Source: Chiloscyllium plagiosum (lineage: Eukaryota). From it: 47,924 nt of DNA. Position numbers and translations under genes: made by a program. The number at the start of each line of letters is the position of its first letter. The stretch's first letter is position 1. This document shows positions 36,997-47,924 of the stretch, piece after piece. The notes under the pieces were generated by a model that had not been told where the DNA came from, ran no database searches, and saw nothing but the letters and a program-made list of their open reading frames with translations. The DNA lies in assembly GCF_004010195.1 (NCBI RefSeq), contig NC_057718.1, positions 79,377,808 through 79,425,731 on the forward strand, written 5' to 3'.

Positions 36997-38043
36997 CAGT
37001 GAAATTCCAATGTGTCAAATTCTGATACTCCAAATTCCAGTTGTGCGGTAGTTAACACTGGCAGAATAGCAAATTAAAAAGACTGATGTCCCTGATAAAC
37101 TGAGTTTCCAAACTGAAACTCCCAGTTAGCCGAACTTGTGATTTGATCATGCCAACTAAATGGAGTGGGTCAAGATGATATTTCTGCCACCCAACACCTG
37201 GCCAAACTGCAGATTAGGAATCTGACAAGCCACTATCAATGGTAGCTGATCTCAGGTTAACAAGGCCATTGATAAGAAGCAGGACTACAATCCAACTATT
37301 ACTGAGGCCATATTTATGATGAAGAAGGTGATGATAGCTACAATTGCTAATTGCTTCTACCATGCTGGGATCAAGTAGGCTGTAACTGTTCAAGGCACCG
37401 AGAATGAGGAGGAGGAGGAGTGTGGGGATAACTAACTCAGTGACAGACCTCTTCACTCACTTACCAGAGGTCAGCATGACAATACGAGCAGACACAATCA
37501 TGGAAACCAATGGTAAGATAGATGACACCGAACACTGCACAATGGACCTGGCAGATGAAGGAATTATAGATGCAGTAGATTCAATCACTGCGGAGCCTGC
37601 GGAGGCCAACATTAAAGAGTCTGATAAATGTGTAGCTGCTCACTAGCCTGTTTCCCTGGCTGAAGCTGTAAAGATCATAGGGATACACTGGGATTTTGTA
37701 TTGCTGCATGAAAACACAGAAAACCTGTTTGATTGAATTAGTACAATGCTGGACTGTATCATACCCATCAAAAGACAATATGCTAAGCAAAAAAATTACT
37801 GAGATTTTCCAGCCTAACTTCCAAATTTCTTTCAATGTTTTTTTTCTGTACCAGAATTAATTGTTGCAAGATGTGAACAAATTAAAAATGAAAATGATTT
37901 TTTGCATTTTACTCTTTTCACTTGGATTTTTTTGGCACAGACTGTCTTTATTGGCAAATTGGGTCACATTGGGGTCTCCTTGACTATCTGTTAATAAATT
38001 TGTGGGCAGACTCCCTAAGATTCAACTCATTGTGATTTCATTG
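36997..38043 (+). mobile_element. Tigger/pogo-like DNA transposon deletion derivative
   Basis: TA|CAGTGAAATTCCAATGTGTCAAATT versus the right-end reverse complement TA|CAATGAAATCACAATGAGTTGAATC; acidic remnant DLADEGIIDAV; KKITEIF near 37790. Confidence 0.6.
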
Positions 38044-39286
38044 TACATGGCTGAGCAAACCAAACCTTATGTCTAATGCTAGTCACTAATAAATTTAATG
38101 TGCTTTCCAGAGCTCTATATTTGTTCTGCTTCTTCTTGTTCAAGTCACTCGAACCAGTGATCTCCCATGCAGTCACGATTCCACTCCTTGCTGCACAACC
38201 AGCACCATTCAAAATGGCAAGAAGGCCTGGGGCATTTCATGTGCATGCAGCCTCCTGTGGTGGGGAGAAGTACCAGTCAGATACATGAACACATACACTT
38301 ATCTCGAAATCAAACAAATTTGATAACATTGAGGAAGGTAATGGGGTGATTTTCATTTCCATGACCATCCAAACAGCACACAATTTCTGAATACGAAGTA
38401 AAGGTCTCCAACCCCAGAGGACTGTCAAGGAGAGAATGCGGAGTGGCTAAATCCCTAGGCAGGGCTTGCCATATAAAACAGGCAGGAAGCAGTGATTAAA
38501 CTAGGATTCTTATGCTGAGGGTAATTCTCTTAAGAACTCCTATAGTAATACCTTGCGGCTGTTAAAACCTGCTTGAGAAGACAAGTGAAGATTTTCTGTC
38601 TGATGCTCAATTATGTCAGTCTCACTAGGTTTGTATTGTCAGTTAACTGATGTTCTTGCCTGTTCTGTGGCACACAGGTCAGATGTCTGGTTTTGTGGAA
38701 AATAAGGAAACTAATTGAACATTTATGAACTGGTGTCATGTGATATTGATTCTTTCAATTGCTGACTGAAAGGAAATTTTGTGGCTAGATTTATCCCATT
38801 TATCATGGCCATTTTGTACGTTGTCATGTAAATGTCATAACTGCACAGGAACATTTTGGCCAAGGGAGATGTTTCTACAGACAGAACTATGGAAGACATC
38901 ACAGACCTAATTAGGTAAAGATTCCATAAGTGGTTTTCTAGACCAAGCCAAAGAACAGTAACCATTAGTCACATAGTATGTTCACTAGAGTGGGTAGGAG
39001 TGGCAGATGCCCTTGCCTTAAAGATAATCATGAACCAATTGGGTATTTATGACAGAATATAACCTTTTTATCGTTCTTTGTTCCATTTGTTAAAGTCAGA
39101 TTCTGAACTCTGGTTTGCTACTACAATACCATAACCTCTTATATTACTTTTATATTGCACTCAGGTAATTTTTGCAAAGCAAATGAAGATCAATAATTTT
39201 AACATTTTGTAATAATGTGAAATACGTTACAACATTTAAATTTTGGAAATTAGTAGGTAAATACTCTTCCAATCTTTGTTAATCAG

Positions 39287-39468
39287 AGTTAAAAATTGCA
39301 AGTTTATAGTCCAACAGATTTATTTGGAAGTACTAGCTTTCAGAACGCTGCTCCTTCGTCTTTCTCTTCTAGCACTGAAAGCTAGAATTTCCAAATTAAC
39401 CTCTAGGACTATAGCCTGCAGTTGTGATTTTTAACTTTGTCCATCCTGTCCAACACTGGCAACTCCAC
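39287..39468. mobile_element. Mini-element of two inverted PLE pLTR halves with 15-bp TSD
   Basis: Both arms match the 8620-8740 tail; atctttgttaatcag at 39272-39286 and 39469-39483. Confidence 0.85.
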
Positions 39469-39664
39469 ATCTTTGTTAATCAGGTTAAAGGATGTTACTA
39501 GATTGATATCAGAACTAAAATGCTTAAATTATGAGGACAGAAAAGTACAGAAGAAGTGTTTAATTAATTTGATGGTGTAAATGGAGATAAATATGTTGCT
39601 CTGTTGGAGAGTTCAGGGCAGAAGGACATAATCTTAACATTTTTTTTATTTTTCCATGGTCTTT

Positions 39665-39974
39665 GGTGTGGCACAGTCACTCAGTGGTTAGCACTGCTGC
39701 CTCTCAGTATCAGGGACAATTCCAAACTCAGGTGACCATCTGTGTGGGTTTCCCCGTGTCTGTGTGGGTTTCCTTTGGCAGATTTCCAATGACAGGTTTC
39801 CTCCCATAGTCCAAAGATGTGCAGGTTACGTAGGTTGGCCATGATAAATTGCCCATAGAATGCAGCGATGTGCAGGGTTACAGAGTTGGGATGGGTCAGG
39901 GTGGAATGCGCTTCAAAGGGTTGGTGTGGACTCGATGGGCCGTTTGCCCTACTTCTACACTGTGGTGATTCTGA
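39665..39974 (+). mobile_element. HE1-type V-SINE
   Basis: ggcacagtcactcagtggttagcactgctgcctc...gtgggtttcc...tttcctcccatagtccaaagatgtgc. Confidence 0.85.
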
Positions 39975-40255
39975 GTGTCTCTGGCAAAGTCAGCATTTAT
40001 TGCTGATCTTAATTCCTCTTGAGAAGATAGTGGTGATCCACCTTCTTGACCTGCTGCAGTATACCTCACGCAGATCCAGCTACAGTGCTGTCAGGAGGGA
40101 GTTCCAGAAGTTTCACCCAGCAACAAGGAATGGTGATATAGTTTGAAATCAGGATGGTTTGTGGCTGAGTGGAGAATTTGCAAGTGATAGTGATTCCAGA
40201 TATCAGTTGCCATTGCCCTTGTCTTTGTAGGTGTCAGAGGTCAAGGCTTTGGATA

Positions 40256-40441
40256 TGAAAATAGAAATTGCTGGAAAAGCTCAGCAGGTCTAGCAGCATC
40301 TGTGGAGAGAAATCAGAGTTAACATTTTGGGTTGAGTGACCCTTCCTCAGAACTTCGCAGTTGCTGCCAGACCTGCTGAGCTTTTCCAGCAATTTCCATT
40401 TTTGACTCTGATTTACAGATTCGACAGTTCTTTCAGTTTTT
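40256..40441. mobile_element. Inverted-arm MER6-like mini-element with 12-bp TSD and decayed hammerhead
   Basis: gaaattgctggaaaagctcagcaggtct / agacctgctgagcttttccagcaatttc arms; TSD aggctttggata at 40244-40255 and 40442-40453. Confidence 0.85.
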
Positions 40442-41017
40442 AGGCTTTGGATAGTGCTCGAGAAACAGTTGGAACAGTGCATCTTGTATATGGTACACAC
40501 TACTGACACTGTTCACCAATACTGGAAGTAATGAATGTTTAAAGTAGTGACCAGGTCCACCTGCTTTGTCCTGAATAGTTTCAAGCTTTTTGAGTGTTGT
40601 TGGAGCTGTACTCATCCAGGAAAATGGACGGTATTCCATATCTCCTGACATATGCCTTATAAATAGTGAAAAGGTCTTAGAGAGACAGGGCGTGAGTTCT
40701 TCACCACAGAATTCCCAGTAACTGACCTGCTTTTCCAGGCACATATTTATATGACCGGTTCAGTTAATTATCTGGTAAATGGTAATACCCAGGATGTTAT
40801 GGTGGGAGATCCTTGATGGTTAAGGAAAGAACGGTAGATTTTCTCTTATTGGAGATAGCTATTCACTGGCACTTATGTGACACAAACATTACTTACCACT
40901 TTTCAGCCCAGCCTGAATATTATTCAAGTATTGCTCCATATGGGTTTGACCTATTTCAATATCTGAAGAGTCACAAATGGTACTGAATACTGTTCAGCAA
41001 GCTTTGTTATCTCTAAT

Positions 41018-41152
41018 CAAACCAAAATACTGTGGATGCCGGAAATCTGAAGCAAATGCAGAAAATACTGGAGAAACTCAGGTCTGGCATCATCTAGTGA
41101 GAAAGAAATATAGTTAACATTTTCAGTCTGATATGAATCATCTTCAGAACTG
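41018..41152 (-). mobile_element. Old pLTR-like/MER6-like short element
   Basis: Reverse complement gttCTGAAGAtgattcatatcagactGAAAatgttaac...; homologous to 40256-40350. Confidence 0.65.
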
Positions 41153-43099
41153 CTTTTTGCTGGAGGAAAGGTAATTCATTGAGGTAGTTGGGCCTAATAC
41201 ACTATCCTGAGGAACTCCTGCAGCCATATCCTAGGATTGTGATAATTGATTTCCTACAACCACAACCAACTTGCTTTATGCTAAGTACGACTCTAGTCAG
41301 TGAGGGGTTTTATCCCTGATTCCCATTGACACCAGTTTTTCTTGTGGTACTTGACGGGCTACATTTGGCCAAATCCTGCCTTGAAGGGAAGTCACTTTCA
41401 CTTCATGCATTGTGTTCAGCTCTTTTGTCTATTTTTGAATCAAGACTGTAATGATCCAAAAGACCTCTAGAGAACCCAAATTGAGCATCAGTGAGCTGGT
41501 TACTGCTGCTTAAATGCTAATTGATAGCGCTGCTTGTGACATCACGGTTTTGATGATTGAGAGTATACTGATGAGATGATCATTTCAAAAACTATATCAG
41601 AAAACACCTCCTCAACCAAAGAGTAGTGGAAATCAAGCCCACACATCCTACCCCAACTAAGAAAGAAAATTAAGGGTGGTCATGACATATTAGATTTTTG
41701 TATCCAGTGTCTAAAGCAGATAGACAGACAGAATTAACATATAGACTGGCAAATTTCTAATTCAGTGGTAATCAGGCTGGAGTGGTTCAATGTCAATACG
41801 TCTTTGTGTTCCCAGTAGAGAAAAAAAAGCAAGAAGAATGCTCATTTTTTTTAACTAAAGTTTTCATTAAATAAAAAATTTCAGCACTTGGTACATATAA
41901 TTTTGTGCCAATTTGGGTGAAGGACATCACTGATACAAAATGCAACATATTTCATATTTGGCACCAACAACAATCTCCAGTCAAAAAGTCAGAATGCAGA
42001 ACAAGACATCTTGGAGTATCATTTTCACAATGATTCCGCATCTTTTGTGATAAATGTGGCAGGAATTCTGTGGGGGAATAGCATGAATAGCCAAGATTAC
42101 TCTGAGAAATGGTGCCCAAGTGTCGCAAAAATGTTCTTCGATCTTAAGCTCAAAGAGGAAACACTGCAGCACCATCATAGTGTTAAGATTTGTCAAGCCA
42201 GTTAAGTTTTATCATTTTCAGAATTTTTTGTTCTATCAATTATTGTCAGTTATGTACAGTGGATGTTCAGCCACTTCAGATTGGGTTAAATTTGACCTAA
42301 GATGTTTCAGTAAAGTGTCATTATGACTGTTGTAGAAAGGTGATGGTATCACATCCATGTTGGATTTGAGCAAAGGTTCTGTAGGTCAGTCAGTAGTCTG
42401 AAACCTCAAAGTAATAATGCACTATTCCATGGAAGGGTTAATGTAGTGGTAATGTCACTGGACTAGCAATCCAGAGACCCAGGATCACCACCATCTTCTC
42501 AAGGAAAGCAAGAGATTGGTAATAAATACTTGCTTTTTCATTTTTCATTGACATAGTTAATTCATTAGTAGATACTTAGTAACTTTATTTACTCCACTGT
42601 GTGTCCTGAGTTCTGTTAATGGTTGATACTGACTAAGTTGGTATGGCAGAGTGAAGGCATAGTGCTGCAGATGGAAGGCATACATTGACATAAAGTAATA
42701 TCAAGTTGGCATAGGATCTATTAAGGGGCATGGGATGGACACAGGCATTGGCTGGCATTGAAGGTGTGAGGGACCATTGTGCCATGATCTGGAATGATTT
42801 AGTATTAATGGGCACAGGGAGTGTGTGCGGGTGGTGAGGAAGGGTGAGGACTATCTGAAATTAATTTTTAAAAAGTGTTGGTGTGGTGAGGCCAGCCTTT
42901 TGCCAAGCCTGTCTCCACATCCAACAGTCTCTGAACTCTTTCCAGGGCTACCTTCCATGACCCCCATTTTCAACCATCTGCCTTCCCCTCAGCCCTGGAA
43001 TATAAATTAGGTTTCTCAAGGCACCTTTCCCTAAGTCAGGTTTACAGAGCTGGAAATTGTCCCAACTCTGCGCTCCCTACCCGGGAGTAAAAGTTCAAG

Positions 43100-43700
43100 C
43101 CACAGTTACAGGACCACGACCTTGCGTCAGAATAAGAAACCATAGAGATGTATAGTAAAGGCTTGGAGAAGAACAAAAGAGAAGATCTATTATTTGGCAA
43201 AAGAGAGGACAGATTAAATGACAAAAAGAGTGATGATGCAAGGGCAAAGGAAGTGGTAATGGGAAAGAAAAAAATAAACCTCTAGAGGAGCTGTAATTTT
43301 TTGTCCAAATGGAGATAGAGAAGGTACCAGAGAGTCAGTTTTCAGCTTCTGTTCGTGGAGTGTTTGATTTGTCAAAAGACAACCATGAAAAGCTTTGTTA
43401 GCAAGTATAATGACATTTTACAGTTAGGCCTGAGAGAATGGGGTGCTCTGGGTCCTGATGGAGATAGGTTCATGTAAGTGAGGAAGAAAGCCAGGCAGAC
43501 AATCTTATACTGGCAGTTCTCAATTTAAAAAAAAAAGGTGTGGAAAGGGTAAAAGATGTAGAGAAAGTGTTGCTGTTCTCGGGTAGGACAAGCTCAACAA
43601 GCATTTCAAGCTCAAAACTCATTGAGGTGAAGACTGAGGCTGAGGCCTTTGCTAAGGACAGATTGCTTGGGGTTAATGAGGAGGAGGTCATATCATGCAG
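43100..43700 (-). mobile_element. Very old, internally deleted Penelope-like remnant
   Basis: Minus strand KQSVLSKGLS...NEF matches 47645-47710; NLSPS motif; decayed hammerhead ctgacgc aaggtc gtg gtcct gtaac at 43105-43130. Confidence 0.5.
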
Positions 43701-44264
43701 CAAATTCAGAGATATTTTGGCGTCTCATTTCATACTCTGGATGGCAGGAATTGAATACAGTGTTTATTACTCTGTTCTTTGCAGTTATCTTCCTACAGCA
43801 TATCTGAAGAATTCTGACTTCCTTTAATAACGTTTTGTGTTACAGGTGTGAAGTTATGTTGTTACTTTTCAGCTCAAATAACAGCAGGTACATACCATTC
43901 TTCTCCACTGGTACTTGGCACTTGGGACAAGGTTTAGTTGTTTCCTTGATTGCCTGTCTTGAGGCCTTGTCCCAGAGAGCTTGCTGTGCAGCTTGCTGAT
44001 TGATAACACAATCCTATAAATAGAAGAATGAAGAAGCCATTATGTCACTGCACTTAGTTCACAAATGTATTCATGCCAAAGAAAAGAAATCAGGGCACTT
44101 GTCTCCTCTCTGCTCCCCTGTGGAAGGCATTGAATCCTTGCTGACATTATAGCTCTATCAGAGCCAGTCACCCATTGATAGCTTGCTCAAAGGGCCATTA
44201 TTCATTCATGGGCATAAACAGCCCATAATTAAAATAACATTTGACTGTTAGGCCACCCTAACGT

Positions 44265-44585
44265 TTTCTTAAAATGCATTCTTGGAATGTGGGGACTGCA
44301 GGAAACCTGGTATTCATTGCTTCGTTGCTTTTTAGGAGCTGGTGCTTAAGATTCTTAAACTGCTACTATCTGAGGGGTAAGGCTGTGTTAAGCAAAGAAA
44401 TCCAGGATGTTGACCCGACGGAGGAAAACTGGAGAGTCCTTCTATCCTTCTCCTGCTAAACGGTGGAGCTTACAAGTTTGGGGTATATTCTTGAAGATAG
44501 TTCATGTCTTGCTTGAGTGCATCCTGTAGATAGTACACACTCCAGACCTGGTGTGCCAGTAGTGGCAGGAGTAAAGGTTTAAACC
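44265..44585 (-). mobile_element. Old CR1-like 3' fragment
   Basis: Similar to 26208-26430 and 39980-40540 (atccaggatgttgaccc, gtgcatcctgtagatagtacacac). Confidence 0.55.
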
Positions 44586-45837
44586 AACTGTGATCATTTC
44601 CACCCATGGCATTTTCAGGAACAATGCCTCCTATCAAGCAGCTCAGAATGCTTTACAATGCTAACGGTGGTATAAAAATACAAGCTATTACTACCATTGT
44701 GATCAGAAGCCAGTATATTGCCCAATTATATTTCTTGCCAACCCCCACTTCCCTATCTCAGTTAGGAGTCCTAAGGCTAATTGTGGTGCCCTTATTGAGA
44801 TTAGTGAATTTAATGTGGTACTTGGAAGCTTCCAGATTGTATATTTCATTTCCTCACCAGAGTTACCAGTAGAGCCAAACTGGAAAAGAACTATTTTGTA
44901 TTATGTGGCAAACCATAGTAGTGAACACAGGAGTGGAAGATAAACATATCACAATGGGCTTCATAAGCTACTTTCCCATCTCACCTTTTTTTTTTTGCCT
45001 CTGGATACACTAACATAGGTGTGCACATTATGATGTACTAATGATGGCAATATACCCGTCTATGTATTTTTCATCATTTGCATCAGTAATGTTGGTCACT
45101 CAAAGAGCTGGTATGTTTCTACCATCCAGGATTGTTATGATTCAGGAAAAGAGCAAAGCTGAATATTACCAAACTTAAAGTTTGTGGATAGTCCTAGAGG
45201 CTGCTGACCTTGCTGTGCTGTATTAGGTGCCATTCATGCTTTTCCTTATATGGCTGGGGGTTGTTTTGCAAAGGCAAGTAATTTACCCCCGATCAGGATG
45301 GACCACTCAGACAGGTGGAACAGCCAACTTGGTGAACATGAGTTGGGATTCTGAAGTGGAATATCACAAGCCAGATCTATAAATTGTGGTTGTATCAGTA
45401 ATTGTTCTGAAAGACCTAATGTAGGGATTTTTTTTAGATTTTGCCTAATCTGATGATGCCACATATTCTTTGTTGGACAATAACGAAATCGAGCACAAGT
45501 GGAGACACATGTCATTTCTGCTCCTGATAGTTGTAATTAGCTATTTAATATAAATTGTATTTATTGCAATCGTGCAATAAACTAAATCTTATTATGTAAG
45601 AAAAGTGCCCCTTCTTAAGATTCACTAATGGTTAATCCTCTACCACAGAAGTAAACAGGCCCTTTGATTCAGCATTGAAAAGACAATTGGAGGGTGTGAA
45701 CAACCCCAATCACAAGCCACTAGTGGTTGCCACCAAAGTACAATATAACCATTGTTACATATAGTGGTGATTATACAGAAATACTATTCTAAAGGCCTGT
45801 TTCATAGCTTTCCTGCTTAAGGCCTACTGCAGCAGTT

Positions 45838-46060
45838 TTAGAATTTGAATTCAATTAAAACTTATACTCTTTAGGAGACAAAACCTGCCTTCCTTACCTC
45901 ATTGGGTGCAAATGTGACTCCAGTCTCAACAACAACTTGCATTTATACCATACCTTTATTGTAGTGAAGCTTTATCGAAGTATCGTCAAACAAAATTTAG
46001 CACTGAGCCACATGAGATATTAGTACACATGACAAAATATTGGTCAAAGAGGTAGGTTGA
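45838..46060. mobile_element. SINE fragment abutting an L2/SINE-type 3' tail
   Basis: gaatttgaattcaatt...ccttacc...tgtgactccag, then aacaacaacttgcatttata...ggtcaaagaggtaggtt. Confidence 0.5.
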
Positions 46061-46541
46061 AAAACAGGATTACTCAAACTGTGTTTTGCAACACACAATG
46101 GTGTCACAGTACAAGCAATTGGATTCAAGCTCCCTTTCCTCTGGACCTGCCACTGTGTGTATGGATCCATTCTGGTGGGTCAGCCTGACATCAGTTTGGC
46201 AAGCATATGCATGATTTTCTTTTTTCCTGCCAAGTTCTGCTGGATTGCTCAGATGAAATGAGCTCCAAAACCCGTCAGTTCATCCAAAATGGGAGAACAT
46301 ATTGCTGTATAGCCTCTGATCAGAACACCTTCATATTGCTCTCACAGCTCTGCCCCATTCCTCACAAACATTATGCCCTCCCACAGTCCTACCTACCTCA
46401 CAGTTCTATCTACGCACTATCCTGTAACTCCCACAACTTGCACAGTCTGTGCTGCAACAACTCCCACCACCCCCCGAACTCTCTCAGCTCTAAGTCCGCT
46501 CAACAGAAAGCTCTAAAAGCTCTCCACTCCCACAATTCTCG

Positions 46542-47004
46542 GAGAAAGTGAGGATTGCAGATGCTGGAGACCAAAGTCAAAGAGTGTGGTGCTAGAAACG
46601 CACAACTGGTCAGGCAGCATCTGAGGAGCAGTAGAGTCGATGTTTCGAGCATAAACTCTTCATCAGGAATGTGGGATGGGGCCCAAGGGCACTTCATCTT
46701 CCGCCTTGGGACCCTCCAAGCCATCTTGAACTGTCCTACCTGTTCATCTTCCTTTCCACCCATCTGCTCTACCCATCATCACCCCCACCTTCATCTATCT
46801 ATCACATTTCCAGCTACCTTCCCCCAGACCCACCCCCTCCCATTTATCTCTCAGCCCCATTCGCCACCCCCCCTCCCTGCCACCTTCCTGATGAAGAGCT
46901 TATACTCAAAATATTGACTCTCCTGCTCCTCGGATGCTGCTTGACTGGCTGTGGTATTCCGGCACCACACATTTTGAGCCCCATAGTTCGACCCTCACTC
47001 TCTC
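46542..47004. mobile_element. PLE-derived element with inverted pLTRs and two opposed hammerhead motifs
   Basis: Terminal gagaaagtgagg / cctcactctctc; left arm minus, right arm plus, with the GIY-YIG tail remnant HFIFRLGTLQ. Confidence 0.85.
46635..46670 (-). ncRNA. Minimal hammerhead ribozyme motif, intact core
   Basis: Reverse complement attcCTGATGAa-gagt ttat gctc-GAAACATCga; stem II pairs (one U-G wobble), AUC triplet. Confidence 0.75.
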
Positions 47005-47339
47005 ATTCTATGCCTCTTCCTACTGTTCCATTACATCCACACCTCGTCCTCAGTCTGGGGTGACAACGTTTTCCATATCAAAATGGCGTCAGACTGGGAG
47101 AATGTTTCAGAAGCATTAAGCATTTGAAAGAGACAGAAAGAAAAATATTGTATAAAGTCTTTATTTTATAAAGTCTTGTATAAAATATTGTATAAAGTCT
47201 GCATACATTTCCCTACTGCTCAAGGGTGTGGACCATTGAATGTCGTTCAATCCCTTATAAGCAGGTTGTCCAGGGTTTCTAGATAATGAGGTATAGTTTG
47301 AAGTAATTTTAAAATGCCAGTAAAAAAGAATTGAATTGA

Positions 47340-47924
47340 TGCCACATGCTCAGTGACTTCCGCCACCCCTACTGCCGTTGTCACCACCACTTCCGCCCCC
47401 ACCAGCGCCACTCACCTGCATTCTGCTGACATGCCCCCCACAAACCCCACTGTCACTATCCCCACCCACCAGAACCCCGAGGGGAACACGACCCCTGCTC
47501 ATGACTCCACCCCCATTCCCCCCACCATCACACCCACTCCAGTTACAGGTTCCGCCCCTACTCCCAGCTCCACACCCACACCAGATCCCAGCTCCCAGTC
47601 CTGCTGACTTTTCACCATCCCTCCAGACTTTCCCCTCACTAAGGACGAACAATCAGTTCTCAGCAAAGGCCTCACCTTCATCCCCCGCCATCCACGCATC
47701 ACTGAATTTAATGCACACCATGACGTCAAACGCTTCTCCCGCCACCTCCGAGCTTACTTTCACAATCAGGACTCCTGCCCACCTTCCGAGGACCCCTTCG
47801 CCCACCTCCAACACATTGCATCCACCTGGACACCCCGCGCTGGCCTATTACCTGCCCTCGACCTCTTCATTTCCAACTGCCGCCAGGACATTAACCGCCT
47901 CAACCTGTCTACCCCCTCCCCCAC
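47340..47924 (+). mobile_element. Penelope-like element ORF N-terminal region (runs off window end)
   Basis: Pro/Thr-rich tract, stop at 47605-47607, then PDFPLTKDEQSVLSKGLTFIP...FSRHLRAYF...STWTP...LDLFISNCR, typical of the region just before the PLE RT. Confidence 0.85.

Larger units (their letters stand above)
39640..41575 (-). mobile_element. CR1-like LINE RT/3' fragment with three nested insertions
   Basis: Minus ORF MEYRPFSWMSTAPTTLKKLETIQDKA; homologous to 990-1450, 23348-23650 and 29013-29485. Confidence 0.75.

Noticed and set aside
41921..42205. ~94-codon stop-free frame
   Set aside because: No recognisable domain or convincing splice sites; compatible with chance.
47353..47607. 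Mucin-like Pro/Thr-rich ORF
   Set aside because: It leads directly into PLE ORF motifs, so it is the low-complexity linker of the retroelement rather than a host gene.

Overview
Eukaryotic, repeat-dense intergenic or intronic DNA, most likely from a cartilaginous fish (shark), judged from HE1/V-SINE copies and the mix of CR1, L2, L1 and Penelope-like elements. No intact protein-coding gene is recognisable: nearly all listed ORFs are fragments of decayed retrotransposons or chance ORFs. The window holds (i) several degenerate CR1 LINEs carrying nested younger insertions; (ii) a head-to-tail pair of L1-clade LINEs (13772-20570) inserted into a CR1; (iii) Penelope-like element (PLE) fragments (RT N-terminal region, GIY-YIG endonuclease) plus many short pLTR-derived pieces, giving about a dozen intact or decayed minimal hammerhead-ribozyme motifs from at least three sequence families, several in tiny inverted-arm elements with target-site duplications; (iv) tRNA-derived SINEs; (v) an old Tigger/pogo-like DNA transposon and a probable Harbinger Myb/SANT remnant; (vi) short unique stretches with candidate exons and enhancer-like motifs; and (vii) a 33-N assembly gap. 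Family names come from recalled consensus motifs, not database searches, and many boundaries are approximate. I see no convincing wholly new biological system. The best leads are the ribozyme-bearing mini-elements and the conserved structure in the L1 5' UTR.
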